64,000 nucleotides of DNA from Macrostomum lignano (lineage: Eukaryota), in assembly GCA_002269645.1 (NCBI GenBank), contig NIVC01002086.1, forward strand, positions 62,001 to 126,000, given 5' to 3'. The notes beneath the pieces were generated by a model, which was given only the letters and a program-made list of their open reading frames with translations, did not search any database and was not told the origin of the DNA. Shown piece by piece: positions 49,401-63,482 of the stretch. A program made the translations under genes and the position numbers. How positions within the stretch are numbered: the first letter of the stretch is position 1; each line of letters starts with the position of its first letter.

Positions 49401-51989
49401 CCAAAATCACGTGACCGGGAGATCCTATCAGTTCCCACAGGGTCGTAAAAACATGACAAGTGCGGCCATAAATCACTCACAATCGCAACAAAATGATTTT
49501 TTATGACTTTTCGCGTAGAATTGACAAAATTAATGAAAAAAATATACATTAGAAAGCTCTTATTAAATAGAAAGTGAAGATAATGAAGAGAAATCGCTAA
49601 TCGCTAATCCCAAAGTACTTTTAGGGGTAAAACGAATAGCTGTCAAAGCTCTCACACGCTTGAGTGAACCCGAACAATAGGCTCTGACCTCATAAATCAG
49701 GCTGTGGCCTGTCAAAAATGACGAGAAAAAAGCTATCATTCGCATCCCCTCAGACCATCTGGCTCCCGCCTCAACACTGAGTGAGGCGCAGGTGGCTGTC
49801 AGACCAGCTTCGAAAGCGATGATTTATGACCCAAAAAGCTGCGCCTATGTTATTATGACTATACTAGTATGACCAAACATTATATCTAGTAGATTCTATG
49901 ACAATTCGCAGAAAAAGGATAAAAATGCCCATTGCCCACTGTTAGTAGGCTAGTAAGTTTAGAGCCCATGTGCTAGCGCGGGATTTGGAAAAAAGTGCGT
50001 CCTCATCAAATTCAAGCTGTCTCGGAGGCGGAGCAACTGGTGCATGTGAACATGTTCAGTATATTGATTTGAACTTATAGCTGGAGCTCAAAATCAGCAC
50101 TGATTGATAGATTAGCTCGGTAATGAGCCAATCGGGGGAGAACCAATTTTCAAATACATGCATGTACACAGTTTGACGCAAAAATTTACCTACATGCAGA
50201 TATAGGTGTACCGTGATATATTGAAATCGAAATCGGACCATAAACAGTTTGGACCTCTCGATGTACATGTACACAATTTGGCGAAATGAATCTCTAAAAA
50301 AATATAGTTATATTCAAAAAAGTACACACAATACAGATATAAATCTCAAAATTAATGAATAAAAAAGAACTCAGAACTAGAGTAGCCTACACAGGAGTAA
50401 GAGAACGAGATCAGGACTCTCGAGACATGCAATTGGGACTGCGGTGTGGAGTATTTGCATGCGATCAGCGCTGATGAGAGAGCTTTGATATCGATCCTAA
50501 TCAAGTTTCAGAGCCAAGAACCTGCTGTCCTTACAAACAATTTGACATTTCCAATGTGCTGCGACGTGAATAGTAAAGGAATACTTCTACATTACGGCTT
50601 CCGCCCACGTTCAGCCGACGTTAGTAGGAAGTACTTAATAGCTTACATGTACATGTATGTGCATGTATACGAAGCTGCATATACTATTGGTAGTCGCTGA
50701 GCTAGTGCTGTATATATAATATGTACTCTAGAAACTTATAAATTCACGTAATTTCTTGTGCAGATAAGGTAAAAGAGTAAGTAACTACAGTACATGTTCA
50801 TGTGCATTTCCGATTGCCGAGATAAACGAAACCAACGATATATTTTTCGTAATCGTCGGTCGGAAAATTCGATTTGATGTTTTTCCAAGAAAACAGTTTT
50901 ACTTCGTCCGACGCCTAACTTAGCTTCATGATATGCCTTTATCCGTAATCCGTTGACCGTTTGGCCTACCGTACCTCAGCCTAACTTAGCTTTGAGACTG
51001 ATAGAAACTAACAAAGAGCCTAAATTAAAGAGACTTTATGGCTTTGCCCTTATCTATTCATTATCTAAATATTGTAATGTACAATCGAATGGTCGAAAGT
51101 CATAAATAAGCTTGTCAATATTTTTAACTAGACTTAGGCCTGGGCTAAATGATACTTAAGTATTGATAACTAGTAACCTCTAAATTTATGATTAGCTATA
51201 CAACCATATATATTCGAATTTTGTCCTTGACCTTTGGTCCTTTATTAATAGGCCTAAATAGTCCTATTTAGCTAGGCTTACCGCTTACTGCTTAATATGT
51301 TATATGTACAATGTAGGCAGGCAGACCAGGTAAGTATCCAGTCAATCCAGCAACTGGATGATCTGGCGACAGATAATTGAGTGACAGTCAAAACAGGAAA
51401 TGGCAACAGTCAATGTGGTGATAAGGTGTAATAAAATGCTAAATTTGCTATTTGACATTTAAATGGATTAGAGGTTTTTTGTTATAATTGTTATAATTTT
51501 AATTACTATTAGTATATTAATATTTTTTGTTATTTACTTTTAATGGGATATTTACAAAATATAGTTTCAATGATTGGAATATTGATGCATTCTCTAATTT
51601 TACTATGGGCTAGGCCTATACATTTACTTTAATTTTTTAGATAATTTTTAAATTATCTCATAAAGAAATAAAGAGTTTCTCTAATTAATACAAGTCTAAT
51701 ACAAGAGTTTCTCTTAAAGTATTGTAACTTAAGTTACCACTTTAAAAAAAGTAGAGCTTACGTTAGCCTAGTAACTTTATACAAAAAACCCAGTAACTTT
51801 TAAGTTACTATCTATTACTTATTTCTAGTATTCCACCGTAGCCGTAGCTATAGCTATGGAATCCTACGGCAAATATGGTAAAATAGGTGCCTATGGCAGC
51901 TACAGATATGCCTATGGTAGCTAGCTGCTCTTATGGCTACGACTACAGAAATATGATAGTTTTTGTCATATTCCCTTAGCCATAATTAT

Positions 51990-52430
51990 TGAGGTAGGGG
52001 CGGAGAAAGCTGTTTTCTTGGAATGGGTCTATTTGAAATTAGTTGATGACACCAGTGAGGTAGGCGGATTTCACGTTTGAATTGCCACTGACATTGAGTT
52101 CGCATGAATTGAATCCGGAAAATTGCCCAGACAAATCACAATGAGACTCTTTCTCCTGATTTACTCCAACTGCTGGGGTCCTCAATTCCGGGGGAGGGTA
52201 GTCGTATTTGTAGCAGAGCGGTTGTGGAGCAGCAAGGTCGTTCAGTTGGTAGACACTAGAGATTTGACACCATAAAATTAATGTGTCCTTTTGTCAAACT
52301 TGCTACTTTCAGTAGGGTAGTTGCTGCCACCACTGTAATTTACGTATTACGGAACGTTGAATTCTTAGAGCTTTCTTTGAGATGAGAACTTTTGGTTTTT
52401 TTTATGCCCTATGGGCAAATGATTCAATAG
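51990..52430 (+). repeat. Dispersed repeat family, copy 3
   Basis: Colinear with 24305-24750 and with the reverse complement of 21080-21470. Confidence 0.85.
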
Positions 52431-54650
52431 AAAGCTAAGGGCTTATGAATGAACTGTTAACTATTAAGTTGCAGTTTATTATTTGTTGTCAACAATTCAA
52501 GATAAATATCAAGAGGTTAAAGAGAGAGAGACAGCCTTATGGCAATATGAGATCTGGCATGCCGGATGCTAAATAAATATTAAGGTTTAATGTAACGCAA
52601 ACGCAAGCAAGCAATCAAGAGGGAATAAAACCAATAAAGGAGAGCACAAGAGAGAAAGAGAGAGAGCAAGTGCATAAATCAAGCATCCACAACGCGGTAT
52701 AAATATTAGTTTCTTCTTGCTAGAGGGCGGGGCACCTGGGATTCAATAGGTGGTAAATGGGTAGCCACCACTGGATTCCTCAACTGGCAGTAACTTAAAG
52801 CAATAAAGAAAAATAAAAACAGGGAAATAGCATCGCATGGGGCTGCTGTTGGTGCATAGCATGGAGACAAAACCAATTGGTGAGGCAGTGCACAGGCCAT
52901 CAAGTGGCATGACATCAGAAAAATAATTCACAGGGCAACTCATGCAATATCAAATTTAAATTTAAATTCAAGCAAAATATTATGATGAAATTCACGCAAA
53001 TATTTGGGAACTTAAGCAAATAATAAATGAACAAATTAATGGGGAGTTCACTGGGGGGCAAAAATAGATTAAACAAGGAAACTAAGATATTGCCTCTAAA
53101 AAATAAATTGCTTTGAAAAATATAAAATGAAATTTGACTAAATTGAATATAGATAGACAATTTCAAATGTACTTGGACAAAAGTAAAGAGTTTATAAAAG
53201 TTGTGTTAACAGATTGTCAATATGAATTAGAGTTTGACCAAAATGAAATAGAGTTTTGTTAGGCCTAATGCCAACAACATTTAGGCTTTCTTCCTTATAC
53301 AAATTTGTGCTTGCTTTTGGTATTGAAAAAAGAGTTTGTCTAAAATGAATGTAGATTTATATGTAAAGAGCAAAAAGTTTCAAAGTTGAACTTCAATTGT
53401 CTAACTTGTCTAACTAGAATGAATTGGAGTTTAAATGAAATTGAAATAAAAATTATATGTGGCAAATATTTAGTGTAAATGAGTAACATTGTATGCTTAT
53501 ATAAGAGTTCATTGTAGCATATACTTGTCACTTTTAAAACTTAGGTATAATTAATAAGATTAGTGCTCATATATAATATGTATAGTAATTTGAAGTAATG
53601 AAAGATATATTGTATAATTTTAAGTATTATATATTGTCTTTATTTTACCATGTTGCTTTAAATAGTTTTTTGGTAAAAAATAAATGATCTATATATCCTT
53701 TAAAATCTGTAAATAATTGAAACAAGCACCTGAATTATAAGTACAAAAAGGAATCAAAGAGCTAATAAATATTTATATGATTGATATTTAGTGCTAGTAA
53801 AATTATTGCATTTTCATTTTAACTAATAGGCAAATATTTCAAGGCTTATGCCTCATTAGAATTGATAAAGTGCTATGGTTCTTTTAGGAATTGCTAGGGC
53901 ATCAAAGCTTATTAGGGAATAGCTGAGATATAAAAAAACTTGCAAGTGGATTCCTAAAATTCTATGGCTTTTATAGAGATTCCTTGAGATTTGAAAGCTA
54001 TTAATAATGAATTTTTGCTAAAATGTTTTGGGTTATAGGGGTTGTATTTAATGTATAAATTAATGTAAAATATATAATAGAATTTAATATATTGTATATA
54101 TAAAAGTCATTTATTCCTTTTTTTCTTTCTGTATTGCCTCTCACTGGATAACACAGATAGCTAGTCCATGATTAAACATGAATTCTATTAGATTTCAAAG
54201 TTATTTCTTGTCAATCTATAAACATCCTATAAAGAATTAAAACACACAGTTAACATGAATATATCTGAAATGCAAAAGTTGCTTGAAATAAACAAACCAG
54301 TTTAGACCTTCTAAATAAGCATCCATGCTCTATAGCAAATTGTCTCAAATCTTCTAAACTTCTCAGACATTAGTAAATTAAAAACATTAGTTATTTGGAA
54401 TTTGCTTAGTGAAATTTGATTTAATTCTCAAGAAAGTCATGTTTACAATGTGTTATAATTTAGCTTTAAGCGTGCATTAAAGGCATTGTTTTTAGGCCTT
54501 AATAAATATGAAAGGCAATAGCAAATCTGTAGTGGATTTTACTTGAATAGTTCACAACTAAATGTATATAAAGCCTGACACAAATATTGTTGACTTCATT
54601 AAATTTCAGAGCTTACTTAAACCTTTCTAAAATATCACTAAAGAAGCAAG

Positions 54651-54860
54651 ATGAGCTGCGAAGTGTACAACCCTCAGCAACCAGCCAATCACTTCTCCCC
54701 ATTCACCGTATTTGAGTCCACAATCAGCAATGCATCAATGCTGATTGAGTCTATGAGTGTCCGGGATCTTCTGCTAGCATTTCGCGTTGTTTCTCAATTA
54801 AGCAATCAACTTATTGAAGTGTTGGATCCTCGAGTTGTCCATCTGTCGGATGCTTTTGCT

Positions 54861-54901
<41 letters not shown>

Positions 54902-57900
54902 GCAGCAACAGCAGCGCTTATCCACCAGCAAGTCCTCTTGCGATGCCTCATCCGAATCCAATTCTTTAGCAGCCGCCATTGGCATCAAATTGGAAGGCGG
55001 TCCGGTGTCGTTTAACTCACAGTCGTCATTTCCACAGGAGCGAGTGCAGCAGCAGCAGCAGCAGCAGCAGCAACATCATCAGTCGCCATCTTCGGCGCAT
55101 TCTTTGCATCAGCGATCGTCAAGTGGAGTTGTCATGCAGCACCAGCAGCATCAGCACAGCAGTTCAAGTGCTGGCAGTTCTACGGAACTTTCAACCGAAT
55201 GCAAGGTGCGAGATTATTGAATTGAAAATTTGATATTTAATGCCATTTTGTTTTCATACTTTCTGGGCACCATTTTTTAATATCTTGTTCAGTGAATTTT
55301 TGAATTCTAAAACTGTGCGCACTTGAATATCAAAGTGCCATTTTGAATATCAGAGTGCCATTTTGAATATCAGAGTGCCATTTTGAATATCAAAGTGCCA
55401 TTTTGAATATCAGAGTGCCATTTTGAATATCAAAGTGCGATTTTGAATATCAAAGTGCGATTTTGAATACCATAGTGCCATTTTGAATATCAGAGTGCCA
55501 TTTTGAATACCATAGTGCCATTTTGAATATCAGAGTGCCATTTTGAATATCAGAGTGCCATTTTGAATATCAAAGTGCCATTTTGAATATCAGAGTGCCA
55601 TTTTGAATATCAAAGTGCCATTTTGAATATCAAAGTGCGATTTTGAATACCATAGTGCCATTTGAATACCATAGTGCCATTTTGAATATCAGAGTGCCAT
55701 TTTGAATATCAGAGTGCCATTTTGAATATCAAAGTGCCATTTTAAATATCAGAGTGCCATTTTGAATATCAGAGTGCCATTTTGAATATCAAAGTGTCAT
55801 TTTGAATATCAGAGTGCCATTTTGAATATCAGAGTGCCATTTTGAATATCAAAGTGCGATTTTGAATATCAAAGTGCGATTTTGAATACCATAGTGCCAT
55901 TTGAATACCATAGTGCCATTTTGAATATCAGAGTGCCATTTTGAATATCAGAGTGCCATTTTGAATATCAGAGTGCCATTTTGAATATCAGAGTGCCATT
56001 TTGAATATCAGAGTGCTATTTTGAATATCAGAGTGCCATTTTGAATATCAGAGTGCCATTTTGAATATCAGAGTGTCATCTTGAATATCAGTGCCATTTT
56101 GAATATCAAAGTGCGATTTTGAATATCAAAGTGCGATTTTGAATACCATAGTGCCATTTGAATACCATAAGTGCCATTTTGAATTCCAGAGTGCCACTTT
56201 GAATATCAGAGTGCTATTTTGAATACCAGTTCCATTTTGAATATCAGAGTGCCATTTTGAATTCCAGAGTGCCACTTTGAATACCAGTTCCATTTTGAAT
56301 ATCAGAGTGCCATTTTGAATATCAGAGTGCCATCTTGAATATCAGAGTGCCATTTTGAATACCAGTTCCATTTTGAATATCAGAGTGCTATTTTGAATAC
56401 CAGTTCCATTTTGAATATCAGAGTGCCATTTTGAATACCAGTTCCATTTTGAATATCAGAGTGCCATTTTGAATATCAGAGTGCTATTTTGAATACCAGT
56501 TCCATTTTGAATATCAGAGTGCCATCTTGAATATCAGAGTGCCATTTTGAATACCAGTTCCATTTTGAATATCAGAGTGCTATTTTGAATACCAGTTCCA
56601 TTTTGAATATCAGAGTGCTATTTTGAATACCAGTTCCATTTTGAATATCAGAGTGCCATTTTGAATATCAGAGTGCCATTTCGAATTCCAGAGTGCCATT
56701 TTAATACCATAGTGCCATTTTGAATATCAGAGTGCCATTTTGAATATCAGAGTGCCATTTTGAATATCAGAGTGCCATTTTGAATTCCAGAGTGCCATTT
56801 TAATAGCATAGTGCCATTTTGAATATCAGAGTGCCATTTTAATAGCATAGTGCCATTTTGAATATCAGAGTGCCATTTTGAATTCCAGAGTGCCATTTTA
56901 ATAGCATAGTGCCATTTTGAATATCAGAGTGCCATTTTGAATATCGGAGTGCCATTTTGAATGTCAGAGTGCCATTTTGAATATCAGAGTGCCATTTTGA
57001 ATATCAGAGTGCCATTTTAATACCATAGTGCCATTTTGAATATCAGAGTGCCATTTTGAATATCAGAGTGCCATTTTGAATATCAGAGTGCCATTTTAAT
57101 ACCATAGTGCCATTTTGAATATCAGAGTGCCATTTTGAATATCAGAGTGCCATTTTGAATATCAGAGTGCCATTTTAAATACCATAGTGCCATTTTAATA
57201 GCATAGTGCCATTTTGAATATCAGAGTGCCATTTTGAGTACCAGAGTGCCATTTTGAATATCAGGGTGCCATTTTGAATACCATAGTGCCATTTTGAATA
57301 TCAGAGTGCCATTTTGAATATCAGAGTGCCATTTTGAATATCAGGGTGCCATTTTGAATACCTTAGTGCCATGTTTAGTGCCCCAGCGGCAGTCTCATTA
57401 AAACAAATGAAAATTTCGAAATATTTTCATTTTTCAGGCTCTTCTCCGCCGCGCCTACCGGACCCTCAAAGACGAGCTGTCAAGCGATCTATTCGACTTC
57501 ACTCTGCCATTCAGCGCTCGAGTTAACCTGACGGCGGCCGATCGAGTGATCGATCGAGCCAAACAGCTGGCCGGCCATCTGCCCTGCCATCCGGACGACT
57601 GGAATAGTGAGTGGCCTTGTTGAAAATTGAATTTTATACTGTAAAGAACGCTACCTTTTCAATTAAAACTACATATACTAGAATAACTATAGATAAGTTT
57701 AGAAGCCCATAGCTTGCAGGCATAAGCAGCTTGCTAATTGGTTCAGCAATAATGTACATTAGCCAGTCCACTGAAATGTACATGGCAGCTTTTGGCTGGA
57801 ACAACCAAGTAAGCTAATAAAAATTGATCTGCAGGACAGAGGTAGAGGTTCTGTAAGGAGTTTAAGGGTTTAAGCAAGGACAACTCCTCCTTAGAAAAAA

Positions 57901-59336
57901 GTTAAGGCGGCTGATTTTAGCAGAAAAATGCGCTAGGAAGATTTTCAGCACAAAAATTATTATTGCTTTTTTTCGATAGGAGGCAGACCCAATGTTCATC
58001 TTTGCATTTAACACTCGGAATTGCGGCTTCTTTCTCTTAAATTCTCACTGATCAACCTAATGAATAAGCAAAATTTATTTTCAGAATCGGCAGTCCAGTA
58101 CATGCGAGTCTGGTACAGCTGCTACCTGAAGCCGAATATGAAACGAACCAATAGGGAAATGCAATTTGCCAGCCTGATACAGCGGGCCACGGCTAGGACT
58201 AATAATGATACTGCAGTGCCGCAGGTGAGTGGCTCTTTGATGGCTGATTATTGATAGATGCTCTGTAGACTCATTGATAGATGCTCTGTAGACTCATTGA
58301 TAGATGCTCTGTAGACTCATTGATAGATGCTCTCTTAGACTCATTGATAGATGCTCTCTAGACACGAGTTGATAGATGCTCTCTAGACACGAGTTGATAG
58401 ATGCTCTCTAGACACGAGTTGATAGATGCTCTCTAGACACGAGTTGATAGATGCTCTCTAGACACGAGTTGATAGATGCTCTCTAGACACGGGTTGATAG
58501 ATGCTCTCTAGACACGAGTTGATAGATGCTCTCTTGACACGAGTTGATAGATGCTCTCTAGACACGAGTTGATAGATGCTCTCTTGACACGAGTTGATAG
58601 ATGTTCTCTAGACACGGGTTGATAGATGCTCTCTAGACACGGGTTGATAGATGTTCTCTAGACACGGGTTGATAGATGTTCTCTAGACACGGGTTGATAG
58701 ATGCTCTCTAGACATGGGTTGATAGATGTTCTCTAGACACGGGTTGATAGATGCTCTCTAGACACGGGTTGATAGATGCTCTCTAGACACGAGTTGATAG
58801 ATGCTCTCTAGACACGGGTTGATAGATGCTCTCTAGACACGGGTTGATAGATGCTCTCTAGACACGAGTTGATAGATGCTCTCTAGAGACCAGCTGATGC
58901 ATATCAAGTCCGTCTCCATCACCAGAAGCTGCAGCGCCGTCTCCGCAGTTTCGAGTTCCTCCGCCCCAGCCTGGACCCTCAATCCGCCAGCCGTTACGCC
59001 GCCGCCCTGACTGCGGACTTCACCAGCTCTGACGATGGCGGCGACGACGAAGAATTGACCAATAACGGCGACTGCGAGGTCGCCCTGCCGCGCCCGCTAG
59101 CCTGGGAGTCGGCCGAGCTGCGCGGATTCAAAGAGAAACTCGACGCCACCTATGCCGACAATTTGGCCGACCCGGATGAGCGACGCCGGCTTGCCGCGCA
59201 GCTGCTGGCCAGACGTCGGCAACAGCTGGTCTTGTCAAGTCGGCGAGCGCCGCCGCCTGGCGGTCCGGACTGGGCAATCGACGGGTCGGCAGACGCGACC
59301 GCCGGAGCCGATGCTGGACCGTCCGGGTTCTCTTGA
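54651..59336 (+). CDS. C14orf93-like protein with a polyQ N-terminal region, 437 aa; exons 54651..55205, 57438..57606, 58085..58224, 58887..59336
   Basis: GT-AG exons with phases 0,1,0 total 1314 nt. The C-terminal block RRLRSFEFL...ALTADFTSSDD...EVALPRPLAWESAELRGFKEKLDATY...SSRRAPPPGGPDWAI follows the pattern recalled for C14orf93-like proteins (MSDEE...V.RP.(F/W)R...L...LD...PS.R.P). The gene model is solid; the family call is moderate. Confidence 0.75.
55320..57370 (+). repeat. 2-kb 20-bp minisatellite (agtgccattttgaatatcag), about 100 units, in intron 1 of the C14orf93-like gene
   Basis: Direct reading. Confidence 0.97.
58250..58886 (+). repeat. 23/25-bp minisatellite (gatagatgctctctagacacgagtt) filling intron 3 of the C14orf93-like gene
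   Basis: Direct reading; the last unit ends at the acceptor AG. Confidence 0.95.
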
Positions 59337-59499
59337 ATTTCATTGTCGGACAGAAGATTGTTTGTTTGTCTTTTATGTTCGTCTTTTTAGTCTAGTCTAG
59401 TCCTAAATGCGTATGAAAAGTAGGAATTTTCTGTGTTTTTATTCTGTTGGTTAAATACGATTATTTAGTTATAATTGAGACGAGCAAAGGTGGAATAGA

Positions 59500-60365
59500 A
59501 GCTTAACTATACAACCGGAAGTAAGATTGAAGCTAAATTATGCAACCGCAAGTAAGATGAAAGTCTAATTGTGCAACCAGAAGTGAAATAGAGGCTCAAT
59601 TATGCAATCGGAAGTAAGACATAAGCTGAATTTTTGTAACCGGAAGTAAGATGGAAGCTTAATTTTGCAACCGGAAGTGAGACAGAAGCTAAACTATACA
59701 ACCGGAAGTGAGGTAGAAGCTTAACTATGCAACCGGAAGTGAGGTAGAAGCCTAATTATGCAACCAGAAGTAAGATAAAAGCATAATTATGCAACTGTAA
59801 GTGGGATAAAGGCTTAATTATGTAACTTTAAGTGAGATGGAAGCCTAACTGTGCAACCGAAAGTGAGATAGAAGCCTAATTGTGCAACCGGAAGTGAGAT
59901 AGAAGCTTAGTTATGCAACCGGAAGTGAGATAAAAGCCTAATTATGCAACTGTAAGTGAGATAAAAGCTTAATTATGCAACCGGAAGTGAGATAAAAGCC
60001 TAATTATGCATCCTTAAGTGAGATAAAATCCAAATTAAGAAACCGGAAGTGAGATAGAAGCTTAGTTATGCAACCGGAAGTGAGATAAAAGCCTAATTAT
60101 GCATCCTTAAGTGAGATAAAATCCAAATTAATAAACCGGAAGTGAGATAGAAGCTTAGTTATGCAACCGGAAGTGAGATAAAAGCCTAATTATGCATCCT
60201 TAAGTGAGATAAAATCCAAATTAATAAACCGGAAGTGAGATAGAAGCTTAGTTATGCAACCGGAAGTGAGATAAAAGCCTAATTATGCATCCTTAAGTGA
60301 GATACAATCCAAATTAAGAAACCGGAAGTGAGGTAGAAGCGCAATTAAGAAACCGGAAGTGGAAT
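59500..60365 (+). repeat. 31-bp tandem repeat with a 93-bp higher-order unit, rich in ACCGGAAGT(G)
   Basis: Unit gcaaccggaagtgagatagaagcttagttat; the 3-mer higher-order period is visible at 60041, 60134 and 60227. Confidence 0.92.
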
Positions 60366-61034
60366 TGATGCTTTAAAAATTCTTAGGCATATAACCTTGA
60401 CGAACGAGAACTTTTAAAAATAGATATAAAAATTGAATTTACAAGTGGGCAGAGTTGCTAACTCTTGTTTATATTACTGTCACTCCTGTCAATCAAAACG
60501 GCTGAGCTTATCTTGATTGTTTTTGCTATCAATAAATCAGTAAATTTTTTATTTTGCATACACCAATTGGTCATTGCACTTTAACGCTCCTTCATTGTTT
60601 ACCTTTTGTGTAGTTTTGCTGTATCAAAACTTGCTAGTCACTTTATTTTGTGTCGTAATAATGCAAACCGTATGACATTTGTATGTCAGTTTTAAATTAT
60701 CGCTGATATTATCTTTGTGTTTACCCTGTTATCAACTCTATGTTTATTAACATTTTCTATAAATATCGTGATAGGTTCTTTATAAAGTTTTTGTTATGCT
60801 TATCGTCTGCAAAATTTTTTTGACCCGCAAGTATTTTGTACAGTAATTTGCTCTTTGTATGATGTAAAAAGCTGTGGCTGTTGTGCTATATTGTTATGTT
60901 AATATTATTTGTCACATCATGTCGTCACATATACAAACTACAGTTTCTGAAAGATGTTCTGCTTTTGCTGCTTTTGTGCATCTTTAGGTTGTTGCAGAAC
61001 ACATCAGATGTACACTGTTAAAAAATTACAGTAG

Positions 61035-61450
61035 CCTGTTACAGAACCAGTCAGTTACAGAATCAGTCAGTTACAGAATCAGTCAGTTACAGAATCAGTC
61101 AGTTACAGAACCTGTCAGTTACAGAACCAGTCAGTTACAGAATCAGTCAGTTACAGAATCAGTCAGTTACAGAATCAGTCAGTTACAGAACCTGTCAGTT
61201 ACAGAATCAGTCAGTTACAGAATCAGTCAGTTACAGAACCTGTCAGTTACAGAACCTGTCAGTTACCGAATCAGTCAGTTACAGAATCAGTCAGTTACAG
61301 AATCAGTCAGTTACAGAATCAGTCAGATACAGAATCAGTCAGTTACAGAATCAGTCAGTTACAGAACCTGTCAGTTACAGAATCAGTCAGTTACCGAATC
61401 AGTCAGTTACAGAATCAGTCAGTTACAGAACCAGTCAGCTACAGAACCAG
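61035..61450 (+). repeat. 16-bp minisatellite (gttacagaatcagtca) directly upstream of the Beclin-1 start
   Basis: Direct reading, about 25 units. Confidence 0.95.
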
Positions 61451-61467
61451 TTGACGCAATTTCAGCC

Positions 61468-63169
61468 ATGGACTCCAGCGGTCGCCAGTCGCCAGTCAGC
61501 AAGGACTCGCCAGCCACGGCCGCCAAGGCTCTGCTGCAGTCGTCATTCCGCTGTCAGCGCTGCTGCGTCCGTCTGAACCTAAACGCCACTCTGCGAGGCC
61601 TCGACAGGGAGGCCGTGCAGGCGACAATCAATACGTTTCAAAGTCGATCGGTTGCTATGGTGAGTCTGGCCAAAAATTTCCTCTGCATGAAATACTTGTG
61701 CAAAATCTTAATTCAGATTTTGCATTATTGCGTCAACAATGCCTCAGGCTGACTCAGAACAGAGTGGCGACTCGCAGCAGCAACAGCAACAGCAGCAGCA
61801 GCAACAGTGCACAACAATGTCTGCCAGCTGCGACTCAGAGTCCGCAAGTCACGACTTCCTGCTGCTAGACAGCGCGCCCAGCATTAGCCAGAATTTGAGC
61901 ACTCGATTGGCGGTATTCGAACGCCTATTTGAATTTTTGAACGCCAACTGCGCGGCTGACCACCCGCTGTGCACCGACTGCGCCGATGTTCTTGCTGAGC
62001 TGCAGGTTGGGGACTTCGATTGTTTATTCTAATCTAATTATCAATCGGGTCTAATCTAAACCCTAGTCTAAACCCTAGTCTAAACCCTAATCTAAACCCT
62101 AGTCTAAACCCTAATCTAAACCCTAATCTAAACCCTAGTCTAAACCCTAGTCTAAACCCTAATCTAAACCCTAGTCTAAACCCTAGTCTAAACCCTAGTC
62201 TAAACCCTAATCTAAACCCTAGTCTAAACCCTAATCTAAACCCTAGTCTAAACCCTAATCTAAACCCTAATCTAAACCCTAATCTAAACCCTAGTCTAAA
62301 CCCTAGTCTAAACCCTAATCTAAACCCTAGTCTAAACCCTAGTCTAAACCCTAATCTAAACCCTAGTCTAAACCCTAATCTAAACCCTAGTCTAAACCCT
62401 AGTCTAAACCCTAGTCTAAACCCTAATCTAAACCCTAGTCTAAACCCTAATCTAAACCCTAGTCTAAACCCTAATCTAAACCCTAATCTAAACCCTAGTC
62501 TAAACCCTAATCTAAACCCTAATCTAAACCCTAGTCTAAACCCTAATCTAAACCCTAATCTAAACCCTAGTCTAAACCCTAATCTAAACCCTAATCTAAA
62601 CCCTAGTCTAAACCCTAATCTAAACCCTAATCTAAACCCTAGTCTAAACCCTAATCTAAACCCTAAGATTTAAACTCGTTTCTAAGAAACAGTCCTCCCT
62701 CACTGCTCACCTCACAGGCCGACCGAGTACGCCAGCTAGAAGAGGAGCTGGCCTGCATGCGCCGCTACCTGGAGCACCTGACACTGGCCGGCACCGACGG
62801 ACGAAACCGTCGGTTCGACAACGACGCCTCGGAGGTGTCGGCCGATCCCGCCGACGACGCCGACACCGACCACGACGATGAAGAGGCGGCGCTGGCCCGG
62901 CTGGAGGCAGAGGAGGCTGAGCTACGCGCCGAGCTCGAGTCCACCGGAGCCGAGCTGGCAGAAGTTCGAGCCGAAGCCGACGCCGAGGAGGCAAAGAAAT
63001 CCGCTCTGACGGCCGAGCACCAGCAGCTGCAGCACGCTTACTCTGAGCTCAAGCGGCAGCTGTTCCTGCTGGATGAGGAGCTGTCCGCTACCAGGAACCA
63101 GCAGGTCTGTCTGTGTGTCTGTCTGTGTGTCTGTCTGCCTGTGTGTCTGTCTGTCTGTCTGTCTGTCTA

Positions 63170-63202
<33 letters not shown>

Positions 63203-63255
63203 GTGTCTGTCTGTCTGCCTGTGTGTCTGTCTGTCTGTGTGTCTGTCTGCCTGTG

Positions 63256-63344
<89 letters not shown>

Positions 63345-63371
63345 GTCTGTCTGTCTGTCTGTCTGTCTGTG

Positions 63372-63402
<31 letters not shown>

Positions 63403-63419
63403 GTGTCTGTCTGTCTGTG

Positions 63420-63482
<63 letters not shown>

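Noticed and set aside
49330-49430. Paired TCTGATTGG boxes plus CACGTG, a possible promoter
   Set aside because: No adjacent gene start identified; equally compatible with a repeat remnant.
50445-50700. Octamer ATTTGCAT suggesting an snRNA or SL-RNA gene
   Set aside because: No recognisable snRNA, SL, tRNA or Sm-site sequence follows.
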